Of a stretch of 64,000 nucleotides of DNA, positions 18,489-28,557 are shown one piece after another. Positions within the stretch are counted from its first letter, which is position 1, and every line of letters begins with the position of its first letter. The notes below the pieces were generated by a model that did not search any database, had not been told where the DNA came from, and was given only the letters and a program-made list of their open reading frames with translations. Where the stretch lies: the NCBI GenBank assembly GCA_964573405.1, contig CAZNJK010000003.1, forward strand, positions 3,826-67,825, given 5' to 3'. This stretch comes from an uncultured Christensenella sp. GTDB taxonomy: Bacteria > Bacillota > Clostridia > Christensenellales > UBA1242. The position numbers were made by a program, and so were the translations under genes.

Positions 18489-19619
18489 TTATAGTTTAAT
18501 TTGTTCAACTGAAAACCCACTCACCAAGTATAAAGTATTATCATAAATAAATGCATCATCAACATTAAGGTAATCACAAAAAGACATTCTGTAAGATAGC
18601 GTAAGCGAATTAAATTTTTCAACCCTTACGCCCTCTTCAAAAAGTTGTATTAGATAATTACCATTCTCTGTGTAGTAATTTGCAATATCTTTACACTTCG
18701 AATATTCTCTCGTACTCAACACATATCCTTCAGGATTCAAATACGACAAATACCAAATTTCATCCTTCGATTTTATCCAAAAATAATTAGTTGGGAAATC
18801 TGAACAAATTGACTTTACCTTGTCCACATTAATATAGTCTAGGTTCAATTTTTTTGTTAAAACCTCCGCCATATCACTATTAAAAGATTTCAAATACAAT
18901 CCCCCATTAATAACATATAAAACATTATAATAATGGTCTGCATCGTTAGATGTAAGTAAGCACATCGACTCTACACCATCCACATTAAAAGTTTTAGAAT
19001 TGCTATCATCTTTCAAAATATACATATTATCATAATACAACTTAACATTAGAAATTTTATCATTTTCTTCAATTTTAAAACCGACATTACAATCAAGGAA
19101 TTTGTCACTTTCATAATTATTTATGTTGCATATATTAGATGTTATTGACAATATGCCACCACTTTTTGACAATAAGTCATTTTTTATAAAGTTTATATTT
19201 TCATCACAAAAACTTAATTTTGATAATGTTTTTTCAAAACTTTCAATACATCCTTTCAATTTTAATTTAATTTTTATAGTAACATCATTCTCTGATTGGT
19301 ACACAATTTTAAGTACATTGTTTTCTTTTATGTAAGCATTTACCGATGTTGAGCAATATTGAGATACTATTTCTTCATATAGTTTTACATCATTTAAAAT
19401 CATACAAATATTTGCATTATTCGATACATTGATTTCCAATCCAAATTGGGCTATAGAATTTTCTTTTCCATTAAAAGATATTATTTTCTCTTCTTTAGTA
19501 GAAGAAATTTCATAACAAAAATTATATATCTTTTCATCTAATATTGTATTTGTATTTTCTTCATTGCTTCTTATAAGTTTTTGCGTTTTTGAAAATAAAT
19601 TATTTGATACATTACTCAT
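18489..19619 (-). CDS. Beta-rich structural protein of the phage-like operon (376 aa), unknown
   Basis: The ATG at 19619 overlaps the stop of the upstream gene (tATGAGTAA). N/Y/I-rich beta-strand-like composition. Confidence 0.5.
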   Translation of the reverse strand: MSNVSNNLFSKTQKLIRSNEENTNTILDEKIYNFCYEISSTKEEKIISFNGKENSIAQFGLEINVSNNANICMILNDVKLYEEIVSQYCSTSVNAYIKENNVLKIVYQSENDVTIKIKLKLKGCIESFEKTLSKLSFCDENINFIKNDLLSKSGGILSITSNICNINNYESDKFLDCNVGFKIEENDKISNVKLYYDNMYILKDDSNSKTFNVDGVESMCLLTSNDADHYYNVLYVINGGLYLKSFNSDMAEVLTKKLNLDYINVDKVKSICSDFPTNYFWIKSKDEIWYLSYLNPEGYVLSTREYSKCKDIANYYTENGNYLIQLFEEGVRVEKFNSLTLSYRMSFCDYLNVDDAFIYDNTLYLVSGFSVEQIKL

Positions 19620-21111
19620 AGACGCCAACCAAAAATTTAAAAGTTTCTATAGATGGATTTTCCGTCACACTAACTAGCCTAACAGAAAATTCTTGTGCTT
19701 GGATATTTGTTATAATCTTTTGTTCTTGCTCACTACCCGCAACATTAAATTCATAATTTCCATCGTTTGTAAAAATCGTAACTACTACATCTTCGCTAGA
19801 TTTTATATGAAAATTTCTGATGATTTTTTTGTTATATGGCTTAGAGAGATCAAACTTATTTGACTCCCAAATTTTCTTTGCGTATTCGTTTGAATTATAT
19901 TTCCCGGTTTTATCAATCACTCGCAATTTTTGACTAAGACTCCCCGTTAAAGCAAGCACCCTTTCAGAACAACCATCTTGGAATGGTAGTATTTTTCGAA
20001 TGCACAAATCGGGGCAAAAGTTAACTTCTTCAGAATATATATCATAAACAATCAAACAATTATTTTTGCCACTATCATAATTATCAACAACCCCGTCAGA
20101 ATAATTAAGTTTTGTAGCAAAATAATATTTGTTATCACTAAAACACGCCACACTGTTGTGTTTTCTTTTTCCATCGAAAAAATTCAAAAACTTAATATCA
20201 ACTTTATTTACTGTATTGCCATTAAAAATATATATTCCTTTCTCATCTGCAAAAATTATATTGTCGCCACCAATAACGATTGAATTCTCAATAATCTTTG
20301 AATTGCCCCTATACACATCTTCAAGTACAAGGTGTTTTTGACTAGAATATGTGACAATTCTATATATTCCATATTCACACACCACATAAAGATAATCATT
20401 ATAACTTACAAGTTTCAAAATTTTACCCGCCCTTGCTGAAACATTTATGGCTTGCATATTTGGAACACTGGCCGATAAATTAAGCGGATTTAAGTCATCA
20501 CCAAACAAGATTTTACTTCTGCCATCTTCGTCCAATACCACAAACATTTTGTTGTTGTAGTTACAAATATCATAGATATAAAAATCACTTGAAAATTCGT
20601 TAAGAAAATCAGTAGCGCCTTTGCATATATAATTAATTATCGTGCTATTATGTTTTGTAGTAACAATAAGATAATTCTTATCTTGATAAGAACAAGATAG
20701 CAATCTAAAAGAACAACCTTCCGTCAATGAACGAAATTCGTGATGCTGAATATCTCCGCTATCCAAAACAATAAAGCATATTTTATAATCACTGGTAACA
20801 AAAATCAGTTGTTTTTGTGGTGGACTATCGGTTGATTTTGTGCCAACGAAATATGTAAATGATAGTACCGTACCTAGCGACGCAACTTCGGGAACAATTG
20901 AATAATCTCCTTCACTAGTTAAGTACAATTTCAAATCATCTTCCCCATACGACTTCTTTAACATTCCATTTTCCACGCTGAAATTTGCGCACAATTTTGG
21001 AACATATGAATTCTTTTCATTGCTGGTATTGAATTGGCTCGAAAATTTCGAAAAATCTATTACTTTATAATCAATTTTTGGAATGACGTTTGAAGTATTT
21101 TTGTAAAACAT
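19612..21111 (-). CDS. Beta-propeller-like structural protein of the phage-like operon (499 aa); candidate tail/receptor-binding component
   Basis: The ATG at 21111 overlaps the upstream stop (TGATG) and follows GAAGGTGG. Recurrent ...YLYVV.EYGIYR..., ...IIFADEKGIYIFNG..., ...KYYFAT... blades. Confidence 0.5.
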   Translation of the reverse strand: MFYKNTSNVIPKIDYKVIDFSKFSSQFNTSNEKNSYVPKLCANFSVENGMLKKSYGEDDLKLYLTSEGDYSIVPEVASLGTVLSFTYFVGTKSTDSPPQKQLIFVTSDYKICFIVLDSGDIQHHEFRSLTEGCSFRLLSCSYQDKNYLIVTTKHNSTIINYICKGATDFLNEFSSDFYIYDICNYNNKMFVVLDEDGRSKILFGDDLNPLNLSASVPNMQAINVSARAGKILKLVSYNDYLYVVCEYGIYRIVTYSSQKHLVLEDVYRGNSKIIENSIVIGGDNIIFADEKGIYIFNGNTVNKVDIKFLNFFDGKRKHNSVACFSDNKYYFATKLNYSDGVVDNYDSGKNNCLIVYDIYSEEVNFCPDLCIRKILPFQDGCSERVLALTGSLSQKLRVIDKTGKYNSNEYAKKIWESNKFDLSKPYNKKIIRNFHIKSSEDVVVTIFTNDGNYEFNVAGSEQEQKIITNIQAQEFSVRLVSVTENPSIETFKFLVGVYE

Positions 21112-21668
21112 CAATACCACCTTCTTCTCTTAATTTTTGTGTTTCTTTGCGGTCTTAAACAACTTTGCAACTCTGATTTGAACTTTTCTTCCCACATTTT
21201 CGCTTCATCAAACACGCCTTTTGCATATAAGTATTCAGCCGTAACTCCATACACGAAAATTCGTTCATTAATCTTGGTTGGATAATCGCTAATTGCATCA
21301 TCATATGTTAAATCATCTGGGAAATATGTATACTTTATGACAATATCTCCCGCCTTTGTGACAATTCCGTCGCTTGTAAGTTGAAAATCAATACTAGTGC
21401 CAGTATTGGTCTTAATACTCACAATGTCAAAAATTGTTTTTGATGTGACACTAGAATATGGTATAACGCCCCTTATATTTCGCACTTTTGTCACTGCATA
21501 CAACTTTACATAATTTGTTGCGATGTTGCAATTTGTTAAATTAACGCAATCCACCAATAATTTCTTTTCATTTTCTTGTTGGGTAATTAACTCACCATCT
21601 ATTGCACCCGCCAATTCGTAATTATGGGTTAAATTCAACACCTTTTTTATTATATTTTTAACTAACAT
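21111..21668 (-). CDS. Phage-like operon protein (185 aa); position suggests a head completion/connector role
   Basis: ATG at 21668 is preceded by AAAGGAG. Third gene after the capsid-like gene. No family recognised. Confidence 0.45.
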   Translation of the reverse strand: MLVKNIIKKVLNLTHNYELAGAIDGELITQQENEKKLLVDCVNLTNCNIATNYVKLYAVTKVRNIRGVIPYSSVTSKTIFDIVSIKTNTGTSIDFQLTSDGIVTKAGDIVIKYTYFPDDLTYDDAISDYPTKINERIFVYGVTAEYLYAKGVFDEAKMWEEKFKSELQSCLRPQRNTKIKRRRWY

Positions 21669-21679
21669 CGTTTCTCCTT

Positions 21680-22051
21680 TTATAACCAATTTGACTTAAA
21701 TGTACAATTTAAGTTTTCATTATCTGATTTTGAATATTTTAAAATTTCTCTAATTTTGTAGTCGCTTATTTCTTTCGCTTTTTCAAATGCTCTTCTTTCA
21801 TTCCTTTCGTTTTCAACATCCAAATTTTTTATGATTTTGTCATAATTTTTCACATCCGTTGAGCACAACAACTCGATTGTTCGTGAATCCAATCGCTCAT
21901 ATGGAATTGTCAAACAATATGGATTTTTGTATTTTGAATTATGAATTTCAAACTTTTTAGAATTCAAATTAAACAAAACAAAATAATTTTCGTCAATTTC
22001 CTTAATTCTTTTGCAAATATCAAAAACATCGCTCTCAATTTTTATTTTCAT
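21680..22051 (-). CDS. Phage-like operon protein (123 aa), unknown
   Basis: Intact ORF downstream of the post-capsid hairpin, with a purine-rich RBS (aaaggaaaagg). Confidence 0.45.
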   Translation of the reverse strand: MKIKIESDVFDICKRIKEIDENYFVLFNLNSKKFEIHNSKYKNPYCLTIPYERLDSRTIELLCSTDVKNYDKIIKNLDVENERNERRAFEKAKEISDYKIREILKYSKSDNENLNCTFKSNWL

Positions 22052-22073
22052 TGCCTTTTCCTTTTTAAAATAA

Positions 22074-22095
22074 GGAGATGGAAAAACCCATCTCC
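22074..22095 (-). terminator. Hairpin (partial terminator/attenuator) immediately after the capsid-like gene
   Basis: Minus strand GGAGATGG-gtttt(t)-CCATCTCC followed by TTATTTT, located between the stop at 22103 and the next ATG at 22051. Confidence 0.5.
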
Positions 22096-22102
22096 ATCAT
22101 CA

Positions 22103-23284
22103 CTAAACCGTAATCCCTCTTAGGCGAGATTGTCCATTTGGTCGGCTACAAATTAAGTCAGCATATTTTACTAATGTTGCCGTATATACTGGATAATCGG
22201 CCTTTTGACTCAATACATTTCCGCTATCGTCGGTCATCCATTCCCAATCGCACATTTGGTGCAATGTAAATGTGTCGGTATCTAGCAAATACATATCCTT
22301 CTCATTTACGAATCTATCACTCACCATAGGAATGCCGTAGAAATCAAGTGCCTTAAATCCGTTACCCAAATCAATTGTCTGAATATTTCTCTTATCTGCA
22401 ATTAAAAGGCTTTGATATTTCCTTCTTACCGCCGAAGAGCAAGCAATATAGTTAATCTTAACATTACTACTTTCTTCCGCTTGGTCGATTTTCTCTAAAA
22501 TCTTAACGTCGGTCAAATCGCCCACATTTTCATATCCATTACCTTTCATAAACTTATAGTCTAATTTTTTAAGACCATAAAGGTAATTAATATCACCTAC
22601 AAATAGCGCATCAATACCTGTAATTTCGTTTTTATAACTTCCTTGGTTAACCAAGTAATATCCGCCATCTTCGGCATCTGTTAGAGTTACAGCTCTAGAA
22701 AGGGTAACGGTATTTTCTACTCTATCTACCGCTACGATTTCCAAAAATTCGCCACCGCTAACCGCACTATATGTTGTGCTATCATACACATCTACAATCA
22801 TACCTTCAGCCACGCGATTGCAATTGTCAACTGTCACAGTTTTGCCGTCACCACTTACATCTGAGATTTCGCAAATAAGGCCTCTGCCATCACCATACAA
22901 CATCCTACTAAGATTGAATGCGCTCGCTCTAATAAGCCCTTCCATTTCGTCGTTAAGCAAATTTACAAATGCCCCCGCACTGTTTTGGCTCGCACGCACA
23001 GCCTTGTCACTTATCTCAATTCTGCCGTATAAGTTCTTTAGATCGGTTGTGAATGTTACATACGAGTTATTGGATGTTCTTGGAAGTTCTCCTGTTTCGC
23101 TTGTCGCAGTAATGCCACCATTTACACCATACGGAGCAAGCACCTTTATTTCTTTGCCATACACTCCTTGAGTGGTCTTCTTGATTTTTGCAAATAATGG
23201 ATTGGTTGCAACATTAAGCAAGTTGTCAAGCACATCTAAATACACCGACTTCAACGCATTATTTGCAGTTGTTAAATTTATCAT
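22103..23284 (-). CDS. Major capsid-like protein
   Basis: 393 aa, directly after portal- and scaffold-like genes. N-terminal ...KIKKTTQGVYGKEIKV... and ...RMLYGDGRGLI..., and the C-terminal ...YTATLVKYADLICSRPNGQSRLRGI, resemble phage coat proteins as I recall them. Confidence 0.7.
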   Translation of the reverse strand: MINLTTANNALKSVYLDVLDNLLNVATNPLFAKIKKTTQGVYGKEIKVLAPYGVNGGITATSETGELPRTSNNSYVTFTTDLKNLYGRIEISDKAVRASQNSAGAFVNLLNDEMEGLIRASAFNLSRMLYGDGRGLICEISDVSGDGKTVTVDNCNRVAEGMIVDVYDSTTYSAVSGGEFLEIVAVDRVENTVTLSRAVTLTDAEDGGYYLVNQGSYKNEITGIDALFVGDINYLYGLKKLDYKFMKGNGYENVGDLTDVKILEKIDQAEESSNVKINYIACSSAVRRKYQSLLIADKRNIQTIDLGNGFKALDFYGIPMVSDRFVNEKDMYLLDTDTFTLHQMCDWEWMTDDSGNVLSQKADYPVYTATLVKYADLICSRPNGQSRLRGITV

Positions 23285-23293
23285 AATTTTCTC

Positions 23294-23920
23294 CTATTTA
23301 AAAATTTTCTTTGCCATCTCCCCCGCTTCAAATACCGTAACAGGCTTCTTATATGAAGACGCTATAGTACTGCCACCTTTTGAAGTCATTAGATTTGGCG
23401 AAAGGCTTACTTTATTTAAATAATCCTTAACAATCTTTTCCTTATCGCTATCACTTAGCAAATTAAGTGCAAATTCCTTGTTGTTAAGCCGATTATTTAA
23501 CATTTCGTTTTCCTTTTCTAAGACCTTCCCGTATGCAATTTCTAGGGAATTTTGGGCAGTGCTCAAAACTTTATCGCTAGAAATCATTTCGGAAATCTCT
23601 CGTGAAAACTCTTTTGCTTTAGGATGATTCATTAAAAATTCATCAACCTTTTCTTGCCAGTCACCACTTTCGTATGGCGGTACACCATGTGCATTGTCGC
23701 CGTCCTTATTTTTCATAAGTTCGCTTAGCGCCTGACATTTTTTGGTAAATTCAGACTGAAGACTATCGTAAGCCTTTATAAGTTCGTCCACAGTCTTGAA
23801 TTTGCCATTTATAGGAGAGCCGTCTTGATTGCCATTACTTAATTTATCAAAACCCACGTCTGTGGCGGAAGTCGTATAATCAGTAGACGGTTGTTCTCCA
23901 TTACTAAATTTTTCTAACAT
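23294..23920 (-). CDS. Capsid scaffolding-like protein
   Basis: 208 aa, helical and acidic. GKFKTVDELIKAYDSLQSEFTKK motif is typical of Firmicute phage scaffolds. Located between the portal-like and capsid-like genes. Confidence 0.6.
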   Translation of the reverse strand: MLEKFSNGEQPSTDYTTSATDVGFDKLSNGNQDGSPINGKFKTVDELIKAYDSLQSEFTKKCQALSELMKNKDGDNAHGVPPYESGDWQEKVDEFLMNHPKAKEFSREISEMISSDKVLSTAQNSLEIAYGKVLEKENEMLNNRLNNKEFALNLLSDSDKEKIVKDYLNKVSLSPNLMTSKGGSTIASSYKKPVTVFEAGEMAKKIFK

Positions 23921-23922
23921 TT

Positions 23923-25794
23923 TTATTCTCCTAAATCTTTAAGTATTTCTTTATGCTTTTTAATATGTTCTATCATTATTTGTTTTTGTGCTTCTGTTCC
24001 CATCTTCTCAAAGTCATTGCCAAGAATAAATGCCGTGTGTTGAGTGATGTGAATGTTGTGGTCATCTATATCGGACGGGTCACTAACCGATGCCGATTTT
24101 AGCAAATTATAGTTCTCTCGTTCCGCTTGTTTTACTTGCAATGTTTGTAAATCTTGGCTATTGTTCCACGTGCCAAATCCAAACTGCTCCAAAACCTTTT
24201 GACGGGTAGAATTACTCATAACCCCGTTCTCATCATTAAATAGCCCCGCATTCAAGATCTCAAGTATCATACTACGCTTTTGGGCGAGAGTCTGACTAAC
24301 TTCATTCTCCGTTTCAAATACAACATCTTCGCTATTTATTTGGGAATTGTTCCAATAAAACATTTCTATTTCGCCATTCTCTCCCACCAGCCTTGATGTA
24401 TGTGGCAACACTGCAAATTGTTTGTAAAGTCTTAAAATGTGTCTTCCTACTTCCTTTATTGCTCGCTTAATTTCGTCTTCACTAGAAGTGATTCTGGACT
24501 CATCTTGTTCTATAAGTAGTTGCAGTGCCACTCCACTTATATTTCCAGTATTTATGCTAGAAGATGTAAGCAAATCGGACACTCCGCTGATGTTAATGAA
24601 CTCATCAAGAAGCATTTCTTCTTCCTTTTCAAAACTCGTAGGAATCGTGTCGCCGGTTAACATTTTTGGGGCGGAACTGCCTTGTCTATACACCAAAATT
24701 TTACCTGGGGACAAGCCTTCTTCTTCCAAATTCTCAATATCCACCGAGCCGTCTTCCACCGTCAAAACGCCTAAAGAAAGCCTATTTAAAAACTCATGCT
24801 TGCGATTTTTGACTGCATTAAACGATCTTTGGACAGGGATAAGCCTTTCAATAATCGACATCCCCCAAAAACTATTTGGAATGCTAATTGAACATTGTTT
24901 TACAAAAGGGAAACCGCGTTCCAAATTCACTGTATTTATGTAAGGAAGTTCGCCTATGTATATGAGTTTGTTTCCCGCAACAATTGTCAACTTGCCATTG
25001 GGGTTGTCCACACTTGGGCATTCATACTTTTCAATGACAACCGCTTGATTTGGCTTGTTGTATTTGAATACGCTTTTGGAAGTGGCAGAATATCCCAATC
25101 CTCCAATATTTGGTACATTGCAAATATCCATTGTTTCAAGTTCGCACCCGTCAAGGTCAACGCCATACATATCCTTTATAGCGTCCACCGAATATGCTTT
25201 TGCGTGGATTATGCTACGCATATCGGATATATTTTCAACACTGGAATTGTCCGGATATATTTCGAATGGCGACACCACGCTTATGTCGACTTCACCTTCA
25301 TACATATTCTGTCCGACTTCATTTTTGCCTATAACTCGTCCTTTTAGATTGTTCCAGCCAATTTTGTAAAATGCAGTGCCACATATCTCGCTCCAAAGCG
25401 TTGCGTCATTAATAATTTTGCTAAGATTTAAGTCATAACTAACGCATTTCAGTAGGTTTCGACTCACTTTTGCACAACCTATGTCATTTGGGTCATCAGA
25501 AAACGGCACGACTGTAAGGATGGGTCTAATTTTATTAAGTTTTGAAATTCTCAAATCAACAATCGGTGCGATGTGATTGAACACTTCTTTTTCTTGCCAA
25601 AAATATTGCTTCATATCATCAACAATCTCATTAATTCCGTTGATAAAGCAGTATTGATTGCCCACCAAAAAGTTGATGTTGAGTTGCCAAGTTGTTTCCA
25701 TTTTTTTTCGTTCGTATTGTCGATTTTTAAAATCAGCAATCACATCTTCGACTATTTTTTTCTCAATTTCTTCGGTTATTTTATCTTTTTCCAT
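23923..25794 (-). CDS. Portal-like protein
   Basis: 623 aa, positioned right after the terminase genes and before the scaffold/capsid-like genes. Size and order are typical. Assignment is positional. Confidence 0.65.
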   Translation of the reverse strand: MEKDKITEEIEKKIVEDVIADFKNRQYERKKMETTWQLNINFLVGNQYCFINGINEIVDDMKQYFWQEKEVFNHIAPIVDLRISKLNKIRPILTVVPFSDDPNDIGCAKVSRNLLKCVSYDLNLSKIINDATLWSEICGTAFYKIGWNNLKGRVIGKNEVGQNMYEGEVDISVVSPFEIYPDNSSVENISDMRSIIHAKAYSVDAIKDMYGVDLDGCELETMDICNVPNIGGLGYSATSKSVFKYNKPNQAVVIEKYECPSVDNPNGKLTIVAGNKLIYIGELPYINTVNLERGFPFVKQCSISIPNSFWGMSIIERLIPVQRSFNAVKNRKHEFLNRLSLGVLTVEDGSVDIENLEEEGLSPGKILVYRQGSSAPKMLTGDTIPTSFEKEEEMLLDEFINISGVSDLLTSSSINTGNISGVALQLLIEQDESRITSSEDEIKRAIKEVGRHILRLYKQFAVLPHTSRLVGENGEIEMFYWNNSQINSEDVVFETENEVSQTLAQKRSMILEILNAGLFNDENGVMSNSTRQKVLEQFGFGTWNNSQDLQTLQVKQAERENYNLLKSASVSDPSDIDDHNIHITQHTAFILGNDFEKMGTEAQKQIMIEHIKKHKEILKDLGE

Positions 25795-25805
25795 TTGTAC
25801 TCCTT

Positions 25806-25997
25806 TTAAAATTTATTTAATATGTTGCGGGGACTTTTAGGGGCTATATTGCACGATATCTCGTAGTTAATTTGCGACAAACAATCCTTACACGAATGAA
25901 TGCGGACTGTATTTTTTAGTTTTTTTAGCACTATGTAATACTCGCTCCTAGCACCACAAAAATTACACTTATTTTTCCTTTCTTCCTTTTGAATCAT
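25806..25997 (-). CDS. Small zinc-ribbon protein (63 aa)
   Basis: ATG at 25997 after AGGAGA. CNFCG ... CKDC pairs. Confidence 0.4.
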   Translation of the reverse strand: MIQKEERKNKCNFCGARSEYYIVLKKLKNTVRIHSCKDCLSQINYEISCNIAPKSPRNILNKF

Positions 25998-26289
25998 CTT
26001 TACATTTCTCCTGTGCTTCATTTAGCATTGTTAAAAGTTTTTCTCGCTCTTTTTCAAGTTCTTTTAATTCATATCCTTTATACATATCTTCGTCGTTTAA
26101 ATTCTGTTTTTCAATAATCATCTCTATTGCTTTCAATTCTGGAGGATAATATTTCGAATTTAATTTCCTTTTGACTAGGGTGAGTTCGTCATTCACCATG
26201 GAATACTCTTCCACGACTTCGTTTTGTGAAAATCCTATTGCTCTATTAAACAATGCCTCGTCTATTTTTTTGAAATCTTCTTTCTTCAT
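25969..26289 (-). CDS. Small-terminase-like protein (106 aa), located downstream of TerL
   Basis: NRAIGFSQNEVVEEY...KYYPPELKAIEMI resembles the RA.GY..EE....K..PPD..A..F.L pattern of one Firmicute phage small-terminase family. The ATG overlaps the TerL stop (ATGA). Confidence 0.45.
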   Translation of the reverse strand: MKKEDFKKIDEALFNRAIGFSQNEVVEEYSMVNDELTLVKRKLNSKYYPPELKAIEMIIEKQNLNDEDMYKGYELKELEKEREKLLTMLNEAQEKCKDDSKGRKEK

Positions 26290-27734
26290 CTGTACACACC
26301 ATTATGTCTTGAATTCATAAGTTTTTTGTACATCTTTTCTCTATCTTTTTGCACGATTGTCTTAGGCTGGTCCTTTATGGTGTTTTCGGGGCGTGACATT
26401 ATGTAATATCTTAATTCATCTAGACAATGGTCATCTTTCTTTAGTGGTGCGTCGCCATTGCCCCAAAAATAACTTTTAATCTCACTTATCAAATTTACAC
26501 AATTTTTAAAGATAAATAATCGTGCTTGGCCATTGGCATTTTTTAAATAACTCTTTACTCGATTTATGCCCGTAAATAGGTCTTTATTTACTTTTGGATT
26601 AACGAGAATATTGTAGTCATAAAATAGTTCGGTCACACTCTTTTCTCCCGACAAAGTCTTCTGATTTGCCGCGCTATCTATAAGTGCCTCAATGCAACCG
26701 TTGTAAGAGCGTTTCCAATTAAGCCTATCGGAAATTTGTTTTATCTTATTTGCGTGATACTCCACAGACTTTCCCGCTTCAAAATGTTCCGCCACCACAT
26801 ACACATTGTTGTCGAAATCGACCGCATACCAATGTGCCGAAAGCGGATTATTGAGCCCTGGGTCAATGCTAATGTTGTCTTGCCACTCTTTCGGAATGTC
26901 GAATGGCTCTATTACATTCACATTCTCGTCAAACTCACTATACACCATCCCACCATTCCCCACGAAATTGCCGTAGCATCGACTTTCCAGTTCGTCCGCA
27001 CTCAAACTCCCCATAAACGACTCTATTTCTTTTTCATTTAAAAAGGGGTTATCGTGCCACGATATGTGCTCGTGCCATATTTCGGGATCATTATTTTCAT
27101 TGAGATATATTAGGTTATACACCCACGACAATCCCTTAAGCGGGGTCATCGTCGCAAATATATCACCGCATTTATCCAGCACCCGCATTTTGCACTCAAG
27201 ATAGATGTCTAGCGGTGGCTCTTCATCGAACCACACAAAATCTAGGCTAGTACCTTGGAATTTTTCTCGGCCTTGGTCACAACTTTTGAATCCTATCTTA
27301 CTCAATCCGCCAAATACATTTTTTATAGTAATAAAGTCAATCACCCCCATATCCATTGCACTTTTCTTACCGCTAAGCATTACAATGTCTACAATCCAAT
27401 CCTTATTAAGATAATGCAATATTTTGTTTTGTGCGACATCTCTTTGCACTTGCGTGCTCAGTGACACCACCCAACACTCCACATTCGGCTTGTTCTCCCT
27501 ATATGGGTGTATCCCCCTCGCCAACCAGATGGTTTCAACCGCCCCGCACTCGGTTTTGCCACTTCTATTTCCCCCAAACACCCACCTATTTTTCTTTGTA
27601 CATTTATGGAACGTAAGTTGTTTTAAATGAACCTTATCGCCCGTATTGTACTCAAATAGCCGATTATTGTTCTTTTTCCTAGCAATCTCGTTTTGCACAA
27701 GCATTAATCGTTTTTTGATTTCGCTAACATTCAT
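26286..27734 (-). CDS. Terminase large subunit
   Basis: Walker A FGGNRSGKTECG, Walker B LDFVWFDEEPP. C-terminal RNase-H-like nuclease motifs (IDPGLNNP..., DSAANQ, DHCLDELRY). AAAGGAG RBS. Confidence 0.88.
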   Translation of the reverse strand: MNVSEIKKRLMLVQNEIARKKNNNRLFEYNTGDKVHLKQLTFHKCTKKNRWVFGGNRSGKTECGAVETIWLARGIHPYRENKPNVECWVVSLSTQVQRDVAQNKILHYLNKDWIVDIVMLSGKKSAMDMGVIDFITIKNVFGGLSKIGFKSCDQGREKFQGTSLDFVWFDEEPPLDIYLECKMRVLDKCGDIFATMTPLKGLSWVYNLIYLNENNDPEIWHEHISWHDNPFLNEKEIESFMGSLSADELESRCYGNFVGNGGMVYSEFDENVNVIEPFDIPKEWQDNISIDPGLNNPLSAHWYAVDFDNNVYVVAEHFEAGKSVEYHANKIKQISDRLNWKRSYNGCIEALIDSAANQKTLSGEKSVTELFYDYNILVNPKVNKDLFTGINRVKSYLKNANGQARLFIFKNCVNLISEIKSYFWGNGDAPLKKDDHCLDELRYYIMSRPENTIKDQPKTIVQKDREKMYKKLMNSRHNGVYR

Positions 27735-27828
27735 TTTTTCTCCTTTTATATATATTTAGATATTTTTCGACGTTTTTTAAAGATGTATAAATTTCCACTT
27801 TCGCAATGAATCAGTATATAATGAAAAT

Positions 27829-28557
27829 ATGATTAAGATTTTGTTAATTTTTGTGGTAATATTTAGCAGTTTTGAATTCACATATTGCGATAACAATTAT
27901 GCTCGGATTACAAATAGCCACACATATTTATATAGAACCGCATCAAAAGACAGTGATGTAAAAAACATAATATGCGTTATGGAAAACACATATTATGTTG
28001 AAATTTTATTAATCTATGATGAGGACTTTTATAAAGTAAATTATAATGGCGTAAGCGGATATGTGCTTAGGCAAGATGTGAAAAGAGTAAAAGATGAGCC
28101 TAGCCACCCATATCCCGATAATGTAGAGATGGTCACAATCAACAACAACTCATACTTAAGGTCATCTCCCCAAAAAGCAAATAACAACCTTACAATAGTT
28201 CCGTCAAACTGCTCAAAACTACATTATATAGGCAAAACATATGGCGAACAAGTTGATGATTTTAGGCAAAATTTGTGGTACTATGTGGAATATCAAGGGG
28301 TATATGGATACATCTATAGCGAATACATTAGGTCTATTTCAAGCATATATCCCAATGTAGAAGAATTAAGTTATGTAAGCGATAACGACTTTGACGACAT
28401 CATAAACCCGCTATCAAATTCAACCTGCATACTAATTATTGTAGGGATGTCAATTCCTATGCTAATCGTAATGTATATGATTTACAAAAAACCAAAACAC
28501 CGAAAAAGCAAATTTAAGGAAAGGGTTATTGTAAAAGAATATGACGAAAAACTTTAG
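27829..28557 (+). CDS. Secreted/anchored protein: signal peptide, two SH3b-like domains, C-terminal TM and basic tail
   Basis: YKVNYNGVSGYVLRQDVK and WYYVEYQGVYGYIYSEYI are SH3_3-type strands. TM is CILIIVGMSIPMLIVMYMIY, followed by KKPKHRKSK. No RBS; a TATAAT lies 6 nt before the ATG, so possibly leaderless. Confidence 0.6.
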   Translation: MIKILLIFVVIFSSFEFTYCDNNYARITNSHTYLYRTASKDSDVKNIICVMENTYYVEILLIYDEDFYKVNYNGVSGYVLRQDVKRVKDEPSHPYPDNVEMVTINNNSYLRSSPQKANNNLTIVPSNCSKLHYIGKTYGEQVDDFRQNLWYYVEYQGVYGYIYSEYIRSISSIYPNVEELSYVSDNDFDDIINPLSNSTCILIIVGMSIPMLIVMYMIYKKPKHRKSKFKERVIVKEYDEKL

